Assembly: GCA_963667015.2 (NCBI GenBank)
Contig: CAXXJJ010000004.1
Span: 416,001 to 480,000, forward strand
Direction of reading: 5' to 3'
Length of the DNA stretch: 64,000 nucleotides
Source: Desulfatiglandales bacterium
Lineage (GTDB): Bacteria > Desulfobacterota > DSM-4660 > Desulfatiglandales > HGW-15
In this document: in pieces, positions 54,865 through 64,000 of the stretch
Layout: the number at the start of each line of letters is the position of its first letter
Position numbering within the stretch: position 1 is the stretch's first letter
Program-made: the position numbers and the translations under genes
The notes under the pieces: generated by a model
What the model saw: only the letters and a program-made list of their open reading frames with translations
What the model was told of the DNA's origin: nothing
Database searches by the model: none

Positions 54865-55854
54865 TTATTTCCACCCCAGCGGTATCGGTATTGAAATTCG
54901 GTTTATAAGAGGTGTAACTGCATTCATCAGCAGGACAGCGAACATGAAACATTCAGGATATCCGCTGTACATCCTCATTATCATGGTCAAAAATCCTATC
55001 CCAATACCAAAATATATTTTCCCCTTAAAACTGAGAGGTGATGTTACAGGGTCTGTAGCAATAAAAAAGGCCCCGAACATGGTGGCCCCTCCAAAAAGGT
55101 GGTGATATAAAAATACACCCGAATGACTCCCGACCAGATCAACAATTGCAGAGATTAAAGCCATTGTTATTAATATGCTTATGGGTATTTCCCAGGAGGC
55201 AGCCTTTCTGTAAATCAGATAGAGACCGCCAAGGATACAGGCTATTACACTTGTTTCTCCCAGTGAACCTGCAGTATTTCCCAGTATCATATTGGTAAGT
55301 GCTGTATGTGCTCCGTCATACTTCAATGCAGTAAGAGGTGTTGCCCCTGAAACCGCATCCACAACACCCGAGAGGTTATCATAGGCAACCGCGCCAAGCT
55401 GCTGGGTAAAGGCCATAATAACAAAGGCGCGTCCCACCATGGCAGGATTGAAGATATTCATTCCAACACCGCCGAACAGGACCTTTCCAAGACCAATAGC
55501 TGCAAAGGCCCCGATAATCGTTGCATACCAAGGTGCTCCGGGCGGAAGAGAAAATGCGAGTATGATTCCTGTAACCGCTGCTGAAAAATCGTTTATTGTT
55601 AATGATTTCCCTCTCATTTTCTCAAATATGAATTCCGCCACAAGGCAGGTGATTGTGCAGAGAAGGATCTGTTTAACCGCGTATAATCTGAATAGGAAGA
55701 TAGACACAGCTATTACAGGAATGAGGGATATAAATACGTCCAGCATTACCCTTTTTGTGTGAGCCCCTGTATCCAGAATATGAGGGGAAGGCGACACGTG
55801 AATAGCCGGCGCTGTCTCTCCGGTTAAATCTGTTGATTTACTTATATCCGGCAT
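54865..55854 (-). CDS. rnfD: Rnf complex subunit D
   Basis: SPSPH, NIFNPAMVGR, SGATPL and ATDPVTSP motifs. Confidence 0.95.
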   Translation of the reverse strand: MPDISKSTDLTGETAPAIHVSPSPHILDTGAHTKRVMLDVFISLIPVIAVSIFLFRLYAVKQILLCTITCLVAEFIFEKMRGKSLTINDFSAAVTGIILAFSLPPGAPWYATIIGAFAAIGLGKVLFGGVGMNIFNPAMVGRAFVIMAFTQQLGAVAYDNLSGVVDAVSGATPLTALKYDGAHTALTNMILGNTAGSLGETSVIACILGGLYLIYRKAASWEIPISILITMALISAIVDLVGSHSGVFLYHHLFGGATMFGAFFIATDPVTSPLSFKGKIYFGIGIGFLTMIMRMYSGYPECFMFAVLLMNAVTPLINRISIPIPLGWK

Positions 55855-55857
55855 AAT

Positions 55858-57237
55858 CTAATTACCTTTTTTTGCTGAATGCTGGGTTGCCAAAAATCTC
55901 TTTCCGGACCTTATCAACTGAACAAGGTTGATCTTGGCTGGACATACATGGGCGCAGCACCCGCATTCGTAGCATGCGTTTATAAAATATTTCATCATAA
56001 CATCCGGATTTTTATACCTTGAAGCCAGCGCCAGTCGTGTAGGTACAAGCCTCATGGGACAGGCATCAACGCATCTTCCGCACCTGATGCAGGATGTTTC
56101 CTCCTGTTCAATCAGTTCCTGATTGGTTATTACTGTTATACCCGAGCTTCCCTTGGTAATGGGCGCAGAAAGGTCGGAGAATGAAAAACCCATCATGGGG
56201 CCTCCGGCAATCATTCTGCCTGCATCCTTTGTTAATCCGCCGCAGTAATCGATCAGTTCTCCCATCGGGATACCTATAGGAACAAACAGATTTTTAGGAT
56301 TGACAATGCCTCTGCCTGAAACGCTTACCACGCGGTGGGTAAGCGGCCTTCCCTTGACAACTGCCATTGCTACAGCAGCTATTGACCCGACATTACTTAT
56401 TGCAACACCGACATCACCGGGAAGTCCTCCAAGCGGTACTTCAAGCCCCAGGACAGATTTTATAAGCGATTTTTCGCCGCCCTGGGGATACTTGGTCTTT
56501 AATACTGCTATTTTTATCGGAGTATTTTGCGCTGCTTCTTCCAGTTTTTTAATGGCTTCCGGTTTGTTGTTTTCTATGCCAATAATTATTTTCTTTGCCG
56601 AGAGGGCATGGGCTCCTAAAAGGGCTCCGGTAATAATGGCATGGGGAGCCTCCATCATCATCCTGTAGTCACATGTAAGGTATGGCTCACATTCACAACC
56701 GTTTATCAGAACAACATCGATGGGTTTTTTCTCATTTTTGATGAACTTGACGTGGGTTGGAAATGCAGCGCCTCCCAATCCGACTATTCCTGATTCTTTT
56801 ATTATGTCAGGGATTTTTGATGCATCATATGCAGAGATATCTTTAGGCCAGTCATTTGATGTCAATTCCTGCCAAAGGACCGTGGGGTCCATCTGGCCTT
56901 CTTCATTGCTTTTTATAGTTACGGCCGGCAGATGTCTGCCGGTTGGCAATGTAACAGTGCTGTTGTTTTTCACAATTCCTGAAACAGGCGAATGGATGGA
57001 AGCCGAAATAAAGGCCTCTCCAACGCCTACCATCTCACCATATTTTACTTCCTGCTTTGGTTCGACGATCTGTTTGCACGGGGCTCCAACATGCTGAGAC
57101 ATTGGAAGGAATACCGTTTGGGGTATATCCATCACTTCAACCTTTGAATCCTCACACAACCCTTTGTTTTCAGGCGGGTGAATTCCGTGCTCAAAGGTGC
57201 CGGTTCCCGGAAATCCTTGTAACCTGAAAAGACTCAT
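55858..57237 (-). CDS. rnfC: Rnf complex subunit C
   Basis: GIVGLGGAAFPT; ECEPYLT; CIRCGRCVDACP. Confidence 0.96.
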   Translation of the reverse strand: MSLFRLQGFPGTGTFEHGIHPPENKGLCEDSKVEVMDIPQTVFLPMSQHVGAPCKQIVEPKQEVKYGEMVGVGEAFISASIHSPVSGIVKNNSTVTLPTGRHLPAVTIKSNEEGQMDPTVLWQELTSNDWPKDISAYDASKIPDIIKESGIVGLGGAAFPTHVKFIKNEKKPIDVVLINGCECEPYLTCDYRMMMEAPHAIITGALLGAHALSAKKIIIGIENNKPEAIKKLEEAAQNTPIKIAVLKTKYPQGGEKSLIKSVLGLEVPLGGLPGDVGVAISNVGSIAAVAMAVVKGRPLTHRVVSVSGRGIVNPKNLFVPIGIPMGELIDYCGGLTKDAGRMIAGGPMMGFSFSDLSAPITKGSSGITVITNQELIEQEETSCIRCGRCVDACPMRLVPTRLALASRYKNPDVMMKYFINACYECGCCAHVCPAKINLVQLIRSGKRFLATQHSAKKGN

Positions 57238-57419
57238 TATTTACCTTTCCTTAATCGCTCATAATAAGGTCATATGCGATTTATCTATAATGTATTCCGT
57301 TTCTAACAGATATTACCAGATGATTCTCTGGGCCTTAAAAAATAACATCCGGAACAAGAGGCTTTCCGGAGCCAAACATATAACAATATTTCTAAAAAAT
57401 TTTCCATACTTTTTTTCAG

Positions 57420-58559
57420 TTAGAAGACATTTTTGTTATTTTCAGCGGAATAAACCCGCTTAGTCCTGTTTTTATATCTTCGGCCAAGGGCATCTGCTGT
57501 TATAATAATATCGGTTGCAAGGTCTGGAGAAACATCAAATGCAAGATTCTTCATATTAGACCCGGGTCCAAAACAGGCCTGTCCGGCCCGTTGAATATTC
57601 TCTCTGGATTGATCTTCAACATTTAATTCATCAAGTGTTACGGGAAGTCCGACTGATATGCAGAATCTAAGGACCTCTTCAATCTCCTCCTTAGGGTAGT
57701 TCTCTATTATCAGGTTTGCAATTATACCAAATCCTACAAGCTCTCCATGGAGACGATCTTCTGTACCTTTAAGTGTTCCTACTCCAATCCCGAATGAGTG
57801 GGCCGCGCCCAGACCGCAATTCTCAAAGCCAATGGAACTTAAGAGGCAGTTTGCCTCAATTACCAGTTCAACTGCCGGAGTAACGCTGTTTAAATCCACT
57901 GCCATTTTTGCGGATTCACCATACTGCATGACAGTGTCATATGTAAGTCTGGCTATTGCCTTTCCTGCACCAGTAGGGAGTGCACCCGCAAGATTTTTGG
58001 CGCCTGTCATTTCACAGGTATTTGCCTCAAACCATGTTGCAAGGGCATCACCCATTCCTGCAACAAAAAAACGTGTCGGCGCTTCAGCGATTATTCTGGT
58101 GTCAACAATCACAAGGTCCGGGTTTCTCTTAAGTATAACGATATCATCGATTACATGATCTTCTGTGTATTGAAGAGCAACAGAGCTGCACGGGGCATCT
58201 GTAGAGGCTATTGTAGGGATAATTGCCAGCGGGAGATCTGTATGATGGGCGGCAGCTTTTGCCGTGTCAATGACAAGCCCCCCGCCGATACCGGCTATAA
58301 TATCAGCATTATGGCTTTTTGCTTCAGCTGCAAGATCCAGGGCTTCCTTCTTTGTTCCTTTGCCGGTGAAAACAGAAAATGAACATTCCAGGCCCTGTTC
58401 ATTTATGCCTGAGGTAATATCATCTTTGACCCTGAAAAGGGCAGTCCTGCCGCCTATGATAAAAGGACGTTTTCCCAGCCTTGAAGCATGTCGGGCAAAA
58501 TCCTTTATAACATTATAATCCTGTATATATCTTCCAGGTGCGGTCATTATTTTCAGCAT
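57420..58559 (-). CDS. gldA: glycerol dehydrogenase
   Basis: GIGGG..IDTAKA, PTIASTDAPCS, GDALATWFEA and LHGE motifs. Confidence 0.88.
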   Translation of the reverse strand: MLKIMTAPGRYIQDYNVIKDFARHASRLGKRPFIIGGRTALFRVKDDITSGINEQGLECSFSVFTGKGTKKEALDLAAEAKSHNADIIAGIGGGLVIDTAKAAAHHTDLPLAIIPTIASTDAPCSSVALQYTEDHVIDDIVILKRNPDLVIVDTRIIAEAPTRFFVAGMGDALATWFEANTCEMTGAKNLAGALPTGAGKAIARLTYDTVMQYGESAKMAVDLNSVTPAVELVIEANCLLSSIGFENCGLGAAHSFGIGVGTLKGTEDRLHGELVGFGIIANLIIENYPKEEIEEVLRFCISVGLPVTLDELNVEDQSRENIQRAGQACFGPGSNMKNLAFDVSPDLATDIIITADALGRRYKNRTKRVYSAENNKNVF

Positions 58560-58790
58560 TGCTGATCTCCTCTTAATGAGTGGTAAATATTAATTCTGGT
58601 ATTTCAGTGATACAGTTATACGAAAATTACTTTATAACAATTTCTTACCGCTATGACCATATGATATATCTGATGTCAGGGAAGGGGATAAAAAAAGCTT
58701 GCTATATAGTTGATTATATCTTTAAATTACTTTTAATTATTTAGACTAATAAGCTGACATTTAATCAAAAAAATAGAAAGGGGGCTATAT

Positions 58791-59168
58791 ATGTCTGTTG
58801 AAGAAAACAAAGAGCTTGTGATGAGGTTTCTGAATGAATTTATGATTGGTCATGATATTAAGGTGCTTGATGAACTGCTTGGGCCGTCTTACACTCAACA
58901 TAACCCTGGGCTTGGTCATGGTAAACCTGAACTGATTAAATTTTTTCAGGATTTCTGGGAGATACACCCTAAACCCGGCTATTACCTGAAAAGAATTCTT
59001 GCTGAAAATGATCTTGTGGCAATTCACTATCACTTCCAGCCTGATCCGGATGAAAAAGGATATGCCATTGTTGATATCTTCAGGATTGAAGATGGCAAGC
59101 TGGCTGAACACTGGGATGTTTGTCAGAATATGCCTGAAAAATCATTAAATGACAGTCCAATGTTCTAA
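58791..59168 (+). CDS. SnoaL/NTF2-like protein
   Basis: YTQHNP; VDIFRIEDGKLAEHWD. Confidence 0.85.
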   Translation: MSVEENKELVMRFLNEFMIGHDIKVLDELLGPSYTQHNPGLGHGKPELIKFFQDFWEIHPKPGYYLKRILAENDLVAIHYHFQPDPDEKGYAIVDIFRIEDGKLAEHWDVCQNMPEKSLNDSPMF

Positions 59169-59205
59169 ACCATTAATCTCAAATAACGTGGAGGTATTGT
59201 AGTCA

Positions 59206-60723
59206 ATGCTAAGTAATCTAAAGGCGGGTTCAATTTACAGGTTGTTCTTTATAATATTTATTACTTCTGCCGTTACTTTTCCATCATATGCTCAACAGGC
59301 AATAGAAAAATCCGTGGTTAAAATTTATACTAACCAGCGAAGGCCTGATATATTTAATCCGTGGTCTAAAATGCCTTCAAACGAGATTTCAGGTTCCGGA
59401 GTTATTATTTCCGGAAACAGAATACTTACAAATGCACATGTGGTTACATATGCAAACCAGGTTTATGTTCAACCCTATCAGTCAGCAGAAAAGATCTCAG
59501 CAGAAGTTATAGCTATTGCCCCGGGGATAGACCTGGCACTGCTTAAACTTGAAGATGAAGAATTTTTTAAAGATCATCCTCCATTACCAATGTCAGAAGT
59601 GATCCCTAAAACAGGTGAAAAGGTAAATGCATATGGCTATCCAATGGGAGGATCTGGATTATCTGTAACCGAGGGGATAGTGTCCAGGATTGAATTCAGC
59701 TCCTACTATTACAACAATTCAGGGCTCAGGATACAGGTAGATGCTCCGCTTAATCCAGGCAACAGCGGAGGCCCGGTAATATCCAATAAAGAAATTGTAG
59801 GTTTAGTTTTCAGCGGAATCAGAAAGGCCGATAATATCGGATATTTAATCCCTGTTGAAGAGATAAAAATATTTCTAGATGATATTGCTGATGGTAAATA
59901 TGATGGAAAACCCATGATGTTTGACCAGCTGCAGACACTTGAAAATGATGCTCTGAGGGAAAAGTTGAGGCTTAAAAAAAGCCAGACAGGCATGATGGTA
60001 ACAATTCCTTATGGGGATGGTGAGAAAGGTAAATTGAAAAAGTGGGACATTATCGCCAGTATTGGCAATCATGATATTGATAATGAGGGAAAAGTAATTA
60101 CTAGGGATGGACTGCGACTCAATTTTGCCTACATGATTCAGCACCTGGAAAAAGACAGTAAAATCAATCTCACCGTGATTCGAGAAGGGAAAGAAATAAA
60201 GTTGGATCTGCCCCTTGATAGAGAAAAAAATGAACTTTTACCTAATCTGAAGGATGGATACCCCAGTTACTTCATTTATGGCCCCCTGGTGTTTTCAGCC
60301 GCAACAAATGACTTTGTCAGATCCTTGCAAAGAGACATACTCAGTCTCTTGATGAGATCAAGTCCCCTGACTACACGATTGACCGAAAGTGCAACCGAAG
60401 AGCAGGAACAGTTGATTATAATTTCTTCAAGGATGTTTTCAAACAAAATTACTAAAGGTTACAGCGATCCGTTTACTCAGGTTGTAAAGGATATAAATGG
60501 CATTAAAATTAAAAACATAAAACAATTAGTTGAAGTTATACGCGATATGAATGATCCATATATTGAAATAAATTTTGAAGGAAATTATGTAGAAACCATG
60601 ATATTCAGAAAAGATGAAATGGATGCTGCTACCGAGGATATCCTTTCTGAAAACGGTATCAGGTTTCAATGCTCAAGTGATCTAATGCCTCTGCTGCAGA
60701 GACAGAAAAAGAGGGAGGAGTAA
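59206..60723 (+). CDS. exported HtrA/Deg-type serine protease with PDZ domains
   Basis: LTNAHVV, DLALL and NPGNSGGP motifs. Confidence 0.92.
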   Translation: MLSNLKAGSIYRLFFIIFITSAVTFPSYAQQAIEKSVVKIYTNQRRPDIFNPWSKMPSNEISGSGVIISGNRILTNAHVVTYANQVYVQPYQSAEKISAEVIAIAPGIDLALLKLEDEEFFKDHPPLPMSEVIPKTGEKVNAYGYPMGGSGLSVTEGIVSRIEFSSYYYNNSGLRIQVDAPLNPGNSGGPVISNKEIVGLVFSGIRKADNIGYLIPVEEIKIFLDDIADGKYDGKPMMFDQLQTLENDALREKLRLKKSQTGMMVTIPYGDGEKGKLKKWDIIASIGNHDIDNEGKVITRDGLRLNFAYMIQHLEKDSKINLTVIREGKEIKLDLPLDREKNELLPNLKDGYPSYFIYGPLVFSAATNDFVRSLQRDILSLLMRSSPLTTRLTESATEEQEQLIIISSRMFSNKITKGYSDPFTQVVKDINGIKIKNIKQLVEVIRDMNDPYIEINFEGNYVETMIFRKDEMDAATEDILSENGIRFQCSSDLMPLLQRQKKREE

Positions 60724-60833
60724 TCCTCCTTCTTTTACTTCATTCGCGATAAGGAGAAAAAAGATGCCATCACATAAAATTATGCAGATTGTTGCATCCG
60801 AAAGTACGTCTGAAAATAAAAAAAGATTCTGGA

Positions 60834-62105
60834 TTATTTCAATATTCCCGGCAGGTAGAGACTCAGCCAGGGCCAGTATGTAATGATAAGCAAAGACAGG
60901 ATACATATCAGAAGAAAGGGGAGGGTAGCTTTATATAATTGAAGAACCGGTCTCTTCAACCTTGCGCTTGAGATGAAGAGATTTATGCCCACAGGCGGGG
61001 TGTTATAGCCTATTGCAAGGTTGACCAGAAAAACCACACCCAGGTGAAGGGGAGCAATACCAAAGCCTTCTGCCAGAGGGATAATCAAAGGAACGACTAT
61101 TAATATTGCACTGAATATATCCATCATGCACCCGACTATTATCAGGAAGAAATTCAGGATGAGGAGAAATCCGATTTTTGTGTGTACAACACTCTTCATG
61201 AATTCAAGTATAGCCATCGGGACAAAGGCATCCACCAGGTAGTTTGTAAATCCCAGAGCTGCCCCTAAAATTATTAAAATCCCGCCTACCATTTTCATGC
61301 TTTCTACCATAATAGGCGGCAGATCCCTGAATATGCTGATTTCCCTGTACACCACGGTTTTTATTATCAGTACGTATATAACAATTATGCTGGCTGCCTC
61401 AGTTGCAGTACAAAATCCTGAATATATCCCCGCAATTATTAAAAACGGGATAGGAAGTTCCCATATTGCGCCTCTGAATGAAGATAATAGTTCGGCAGTA
61501 CTGAATTTTGTCGTCTTTATCTTCCATTTTTTTCCCATATATATTGAGAAGATACACAGAAGCCCCAGCATCAGTGATCCCGGAAGCAGGCCTGCCATGA
61601 ACAGTTCCTCTATATTTACCCCGGATACATATCCATATAATATGACAGGAAGGCTGGGAGGGAAATTTAGCCCGAGACTTCCGCCTGTTGTGACAAGGCC
61701 CAGTGAAAAATTCTCTTTATATTGTTCCTGTATAAGAGATGGAAAAAGAAGCCCCCCAAGGGCAATTATTGTAATACCTGTAGCACCGGTTACAGCAGTA
61801 AAAAATGCGCAGGATACAAGTGCTACAACACCCAATCCACCAGGAAGCCAGCCCAGCAGGCTTTTTGAAAACCTGATTAAGCGCTCCGATGTTTTTCCTT
61901 CTGCAAGCAGGTACCCGGCAAAGGTAAAAAGCGGAATAGACATTAGTATAGGGGATGATGACAACCTGTAAATTTCAATTGGGATGGCAATAAAATTAAT
62001 CTCTTCACTGTAAAGCCCGAGTAATGCCGCGCCAAGAATACAAACAAAGATCGGCATTCCAAGTAAGGCAAGTATTATAAGAATAATAACCAGTGCAATT
62101 ATCAT
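60834..62105 (-). CDS. dctM: TRAP transporter large permease
   Basis: IPLFTFAG; FPPSLP; TATEAA; TPPVGINL. Confidence 0.93.
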   Translation of the reverse strand: MIIALVIILIILALLGMPIFVCILGAALLGLYSEEINFIAIPIEIYRLSSSPILMSIPLFTFAGYLLAEGKTSERLIRFSKSLLGWLPGGLGVVALVSCAFFTAVTGATGITIIALGGLLFPSLIQEQYKENFSLGLVTTGGSLGLNFPPSLPVILYGYVSGVNIEELFMAGLLPGSLMLGLLCIFSIYMGKKWKIKTTKFSTAELLSSFRGAIWELPIPFLIIAGIYSGFCTATEAASIIVIYVLIIKTVVYREISIFRDLPPIMVESMKMVGGILIILGAALGFTNYLVDAFVPMAILEFMKSVVHTKIGFLLILNFFLIIVGCMMDIFSAILIVVPLIIPLAEGFGIAPLHLGVVFLVNLAIGYNTPPVGINLFISSARLKRPVLQLYKATLPFLLICILSLLIITYWPWLSLYLPGILK

Positions 62106-62632
62106 TGTGCCCTTTTACCAAATAAATTCACAAGGTCATTCAACAGGTTTACCAGAAATCGAAATAACATCATACCAAATCCAATTGGTATTATAAGCTG
62201 CCATTTCCAAGCAGAAATCCCCATTAACATGCCTGTGCCATACTGCATTTCCATACTGATATATCCTATTGATGCACGGAGCATAAAAAAACAGATAACT
62301 GAACAGGCGATTGCCAGCGTTACTTCGCGGATTTTCAGGAGAGCAGGGGGCAGAAAATGTCCCATAATGTCGATCCTGATATGCCGGTTGTTTTTTGTCA
62401 GAAGTGATGCGCCGAGGAATGTTATCCACAACACCATCAGCCTGGCTAAAGGCTCGCTCCAGTCGATACTGCTCAGAAAAAGATTGGCAAACTGAATATC
62501 CAATTTTGTGTATAATGCACGAAGAACAACGTTAAGGGATGAGAATATCACCATTAGAGAAAAGGATATTATTACAAGCCACCTTTCAATGTTTTCAAGT
62601 ATATTATTGATTAATTCTACTTTTTTTATCAT
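62102..62632 (-). CDS. dctQ: TRAP transporter small permease
   Basis: WSEPLAR; HIRIDI. Confidence 0.9.
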   Translation of the reverse strand: MIKKVELINNILENIERWLVIISFSLMVIFSSLNVVLRALYTKLDIQFANLFLSSIDWSEPLARLMVLWITFLGASLLTKNNRHIRIDIMGHFLPPALLKIREVTLAIACSVICFFMLRASIGYISMEMQYGTGMLMGISAWKWQLIIPIGFGMMLFRFLVNLLNDLVNLFGKRAQ

Positions 62633-63666
62633 TGTATTGTGCGCTTTTTATCAAGTGCATTATGAACTTTATTAAGCAGGTCCTCCGAAAATATATCACC
62701 CTTAAGCTCATTTGAAACTTCATTATAAAGATCCTGAAATTTCTGCAATTCATCACCTTTGGGAGCATAGGGTACTGTTATTCCTTTTTCTTTAATTACC
62801 TTTATTGCCTCAATTGTCTGGGTCTGTAGTTCATCGGTGAGTTTTTTCATTGAAACTTTAACTTCTTCCTTAAAAAGTTCTGCTAAATCTTCAGGTATTT
62901 TATCAAAATATTGCTTGGAAACAAGAATTGCACCCGTTGAATGGGCAATAGGAATGCCTGTCATATAATTCATATTTTCATTCCACTGCATTGCCAGTGC
63001 CCCAACCGGAGGCGCATAAACAGTATCGATCATATTTGTATTTATTGCTGTCGTTACATCAGTTATCGCCAGGGAGATTGGGGTAGATCCCATTATGGAA
63101 AATGTCCTTTTGGAAACAGGGTCCCCGGACCATGTCCATATCTTGAGCCCCTTTAAATCATCACGGGTTTTAATCTCTTTTTTGGAAAAAAGGTATACAT
63201 CGCCAACTTCCGCCCATTCAATATATTCAAATCCTTTTTTCCTGAACTCTTCAGTAAAAAGACCTTTTAACTCGTTTTGCACAAGCCTTACCTCGTCCAT
63301 ATTCCTGAACTGGAAAGGAAGATCCATCACTCTCCATATGGGAAGTATTTCGGTTATTCCCACACCGGAAAAGGCAGCACAATGTATCTGTCCAATTCTA
63401 ATCTTTTTAAGTACATCAATCTCATCACCCGCTATGCCCCCTGCATATATAAGCAGCCGCAATCTTCCCTGGCTCTTTGACTCCAGCCTTTTATCCAGGT
63501 CCTTCATATAATTTACCCATATTGAGCCTTCAGGAGCTACTGTTGCGAATTTTATTTTATATTTTTTTTCAGCGTAACAGACGTCCCTGTTAAAAAAGAA
63601 AAGATATATAATAACAGCAAATAAAAAAAATATAATCTTAGGATAGCAAGATATATACTTAATCAT
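62629..63666 (-). CDS. dctP: TRAP transporter substrate-binding protein
   Basis: KFATVAPEGSIW; GDEIDVLKKIRIGQ; DLKGLKIW. Confidence 0.92.
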   Translation of the reverse strand: MIKYISCYPKIIFFLFAVIIYLFFFNRDVCYAEKKYKIKFATVAPEGSIWVNYMKDLDKRLESKSQGRLRLLIYAGGIAGDEIDVLKKIRIGQIHCAAFSGVGITEILPIWRVMDLPFQFRNMDEVRLVQNELKGLFTEEFRKKGFEYIEWAEVGDVYLFSKKEIKTRDDLKGLKIWTWSGDPVSKRTFSIMGSTPISLAITDVTTAINTNMIDTVYAPPVGALAMQWNENMNYMTGIPIAHSTGAILVSKQYFDKIPEDLAELFKEEVKVSMKKLTDELQTQTIEAIKVIKEKGITVPYAPKGDELQKFQDLYNEVSNELKGDIFSEDLLNKVHNALDKKRTIQ

Positions 63667-63693
63667 AGTAATTATCCTTAATTAAGTGGAGGT

Positions 63694-64000
63694 TTAAATA
63701 AAATAGTCATCAACATTATCTAATAATGCCAATGCCTTATTACGGATCACCATATTAATAAGACATAAATCATCCGGATATTCTTTGTTTCCATCAATTA
63801 TTTCAGTAAGGAGAGATATAAACATTTCCTTATTCTGGGTTCCAATGCAATAGTATTTTGCATAGAAATATTGAGAAAGGAAAAGATTTTTGTTTCCTGA
63901 TAAAAGGGCCTTATCAAAGTATTCTTTTGCTTTTTCATAATCCCCACCAAGCATTGTCGACCTGGCAGAAAGGCTCACTGCCTTTAAAAGATATGGAAGT
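63694..64000 (-). CDS. TatT-like TPR component of a TPAT system (3' part)
   Basis: MLGGDYEKAKEYFDKAL; YAKYY; KALALL...DDYF; frame open to the window edge. Confidence 0.75.
   Translation of the reverse strand, partial: LPYLLKAVSLSARSTMLGGDYEKAKEYFDKALLSGNKNLFLSQYFYAKYYCIGTQNKEMFISLLTEIIDGNKEYPDDLCLINMVIRNKALALLDNVDDYFI

Noticed and set aside
60749..60833. AAGGAG plus ATG short ORF after the protease
   Set aside because: Runs antisense into dctM and has no motif; insufficient support

Overview
A 64 kb AT-rich (about 40% GC by eye) bacterial chromosomal window whose gene content suggests an anaerobic Desulfobacterota (deltaproteobacterium); this is an inference. Core functions include rfbFG, glyQS, a DEAD-box helicase, metVF, a thiolase, sirC-ccsA-hemA-moaE-moaC, modABC, argJ, rnfCDGEAB, gldA, a TatT-associated TRAP transporter and tRNA-Val(GAC). 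The most striking locus is an SOS mutagenesis operon, lexA-imuB-dnaE2 (3.9-9.9 kb), in which both gene junctions hold a small passenger gene bracketed by complementary periodic inverted repeats. The first is a four-helix-bundle (23S IVS-type) gene between 7-mer arrays. The second is a GxxExxY nuclease-like gene between 26-bp inverted repeats, each with an adjacent 14-bp hairpin whose loops are complementary to each other. Solo arms of the same repeat types sit just after other stop codons in the window. Also seen: a four-fold TTACWGTAA candidate LexA operator, an apparent ATC start codon for glyQS, tandem sigma-54 promoters upstream of merR-rfbFG, an IS1380 that clipped a GH8 xylanase near a beta-propeller/Y_Y_Y hybrid kinase, two racemase paralogues with non-canonical active sites (one frameshifted), a decayed toxin-antitoxin/AbiJ-HEPN defence islet with an attC-like site, and several REP families. 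No database searches were run; family calls come from motif recognition.
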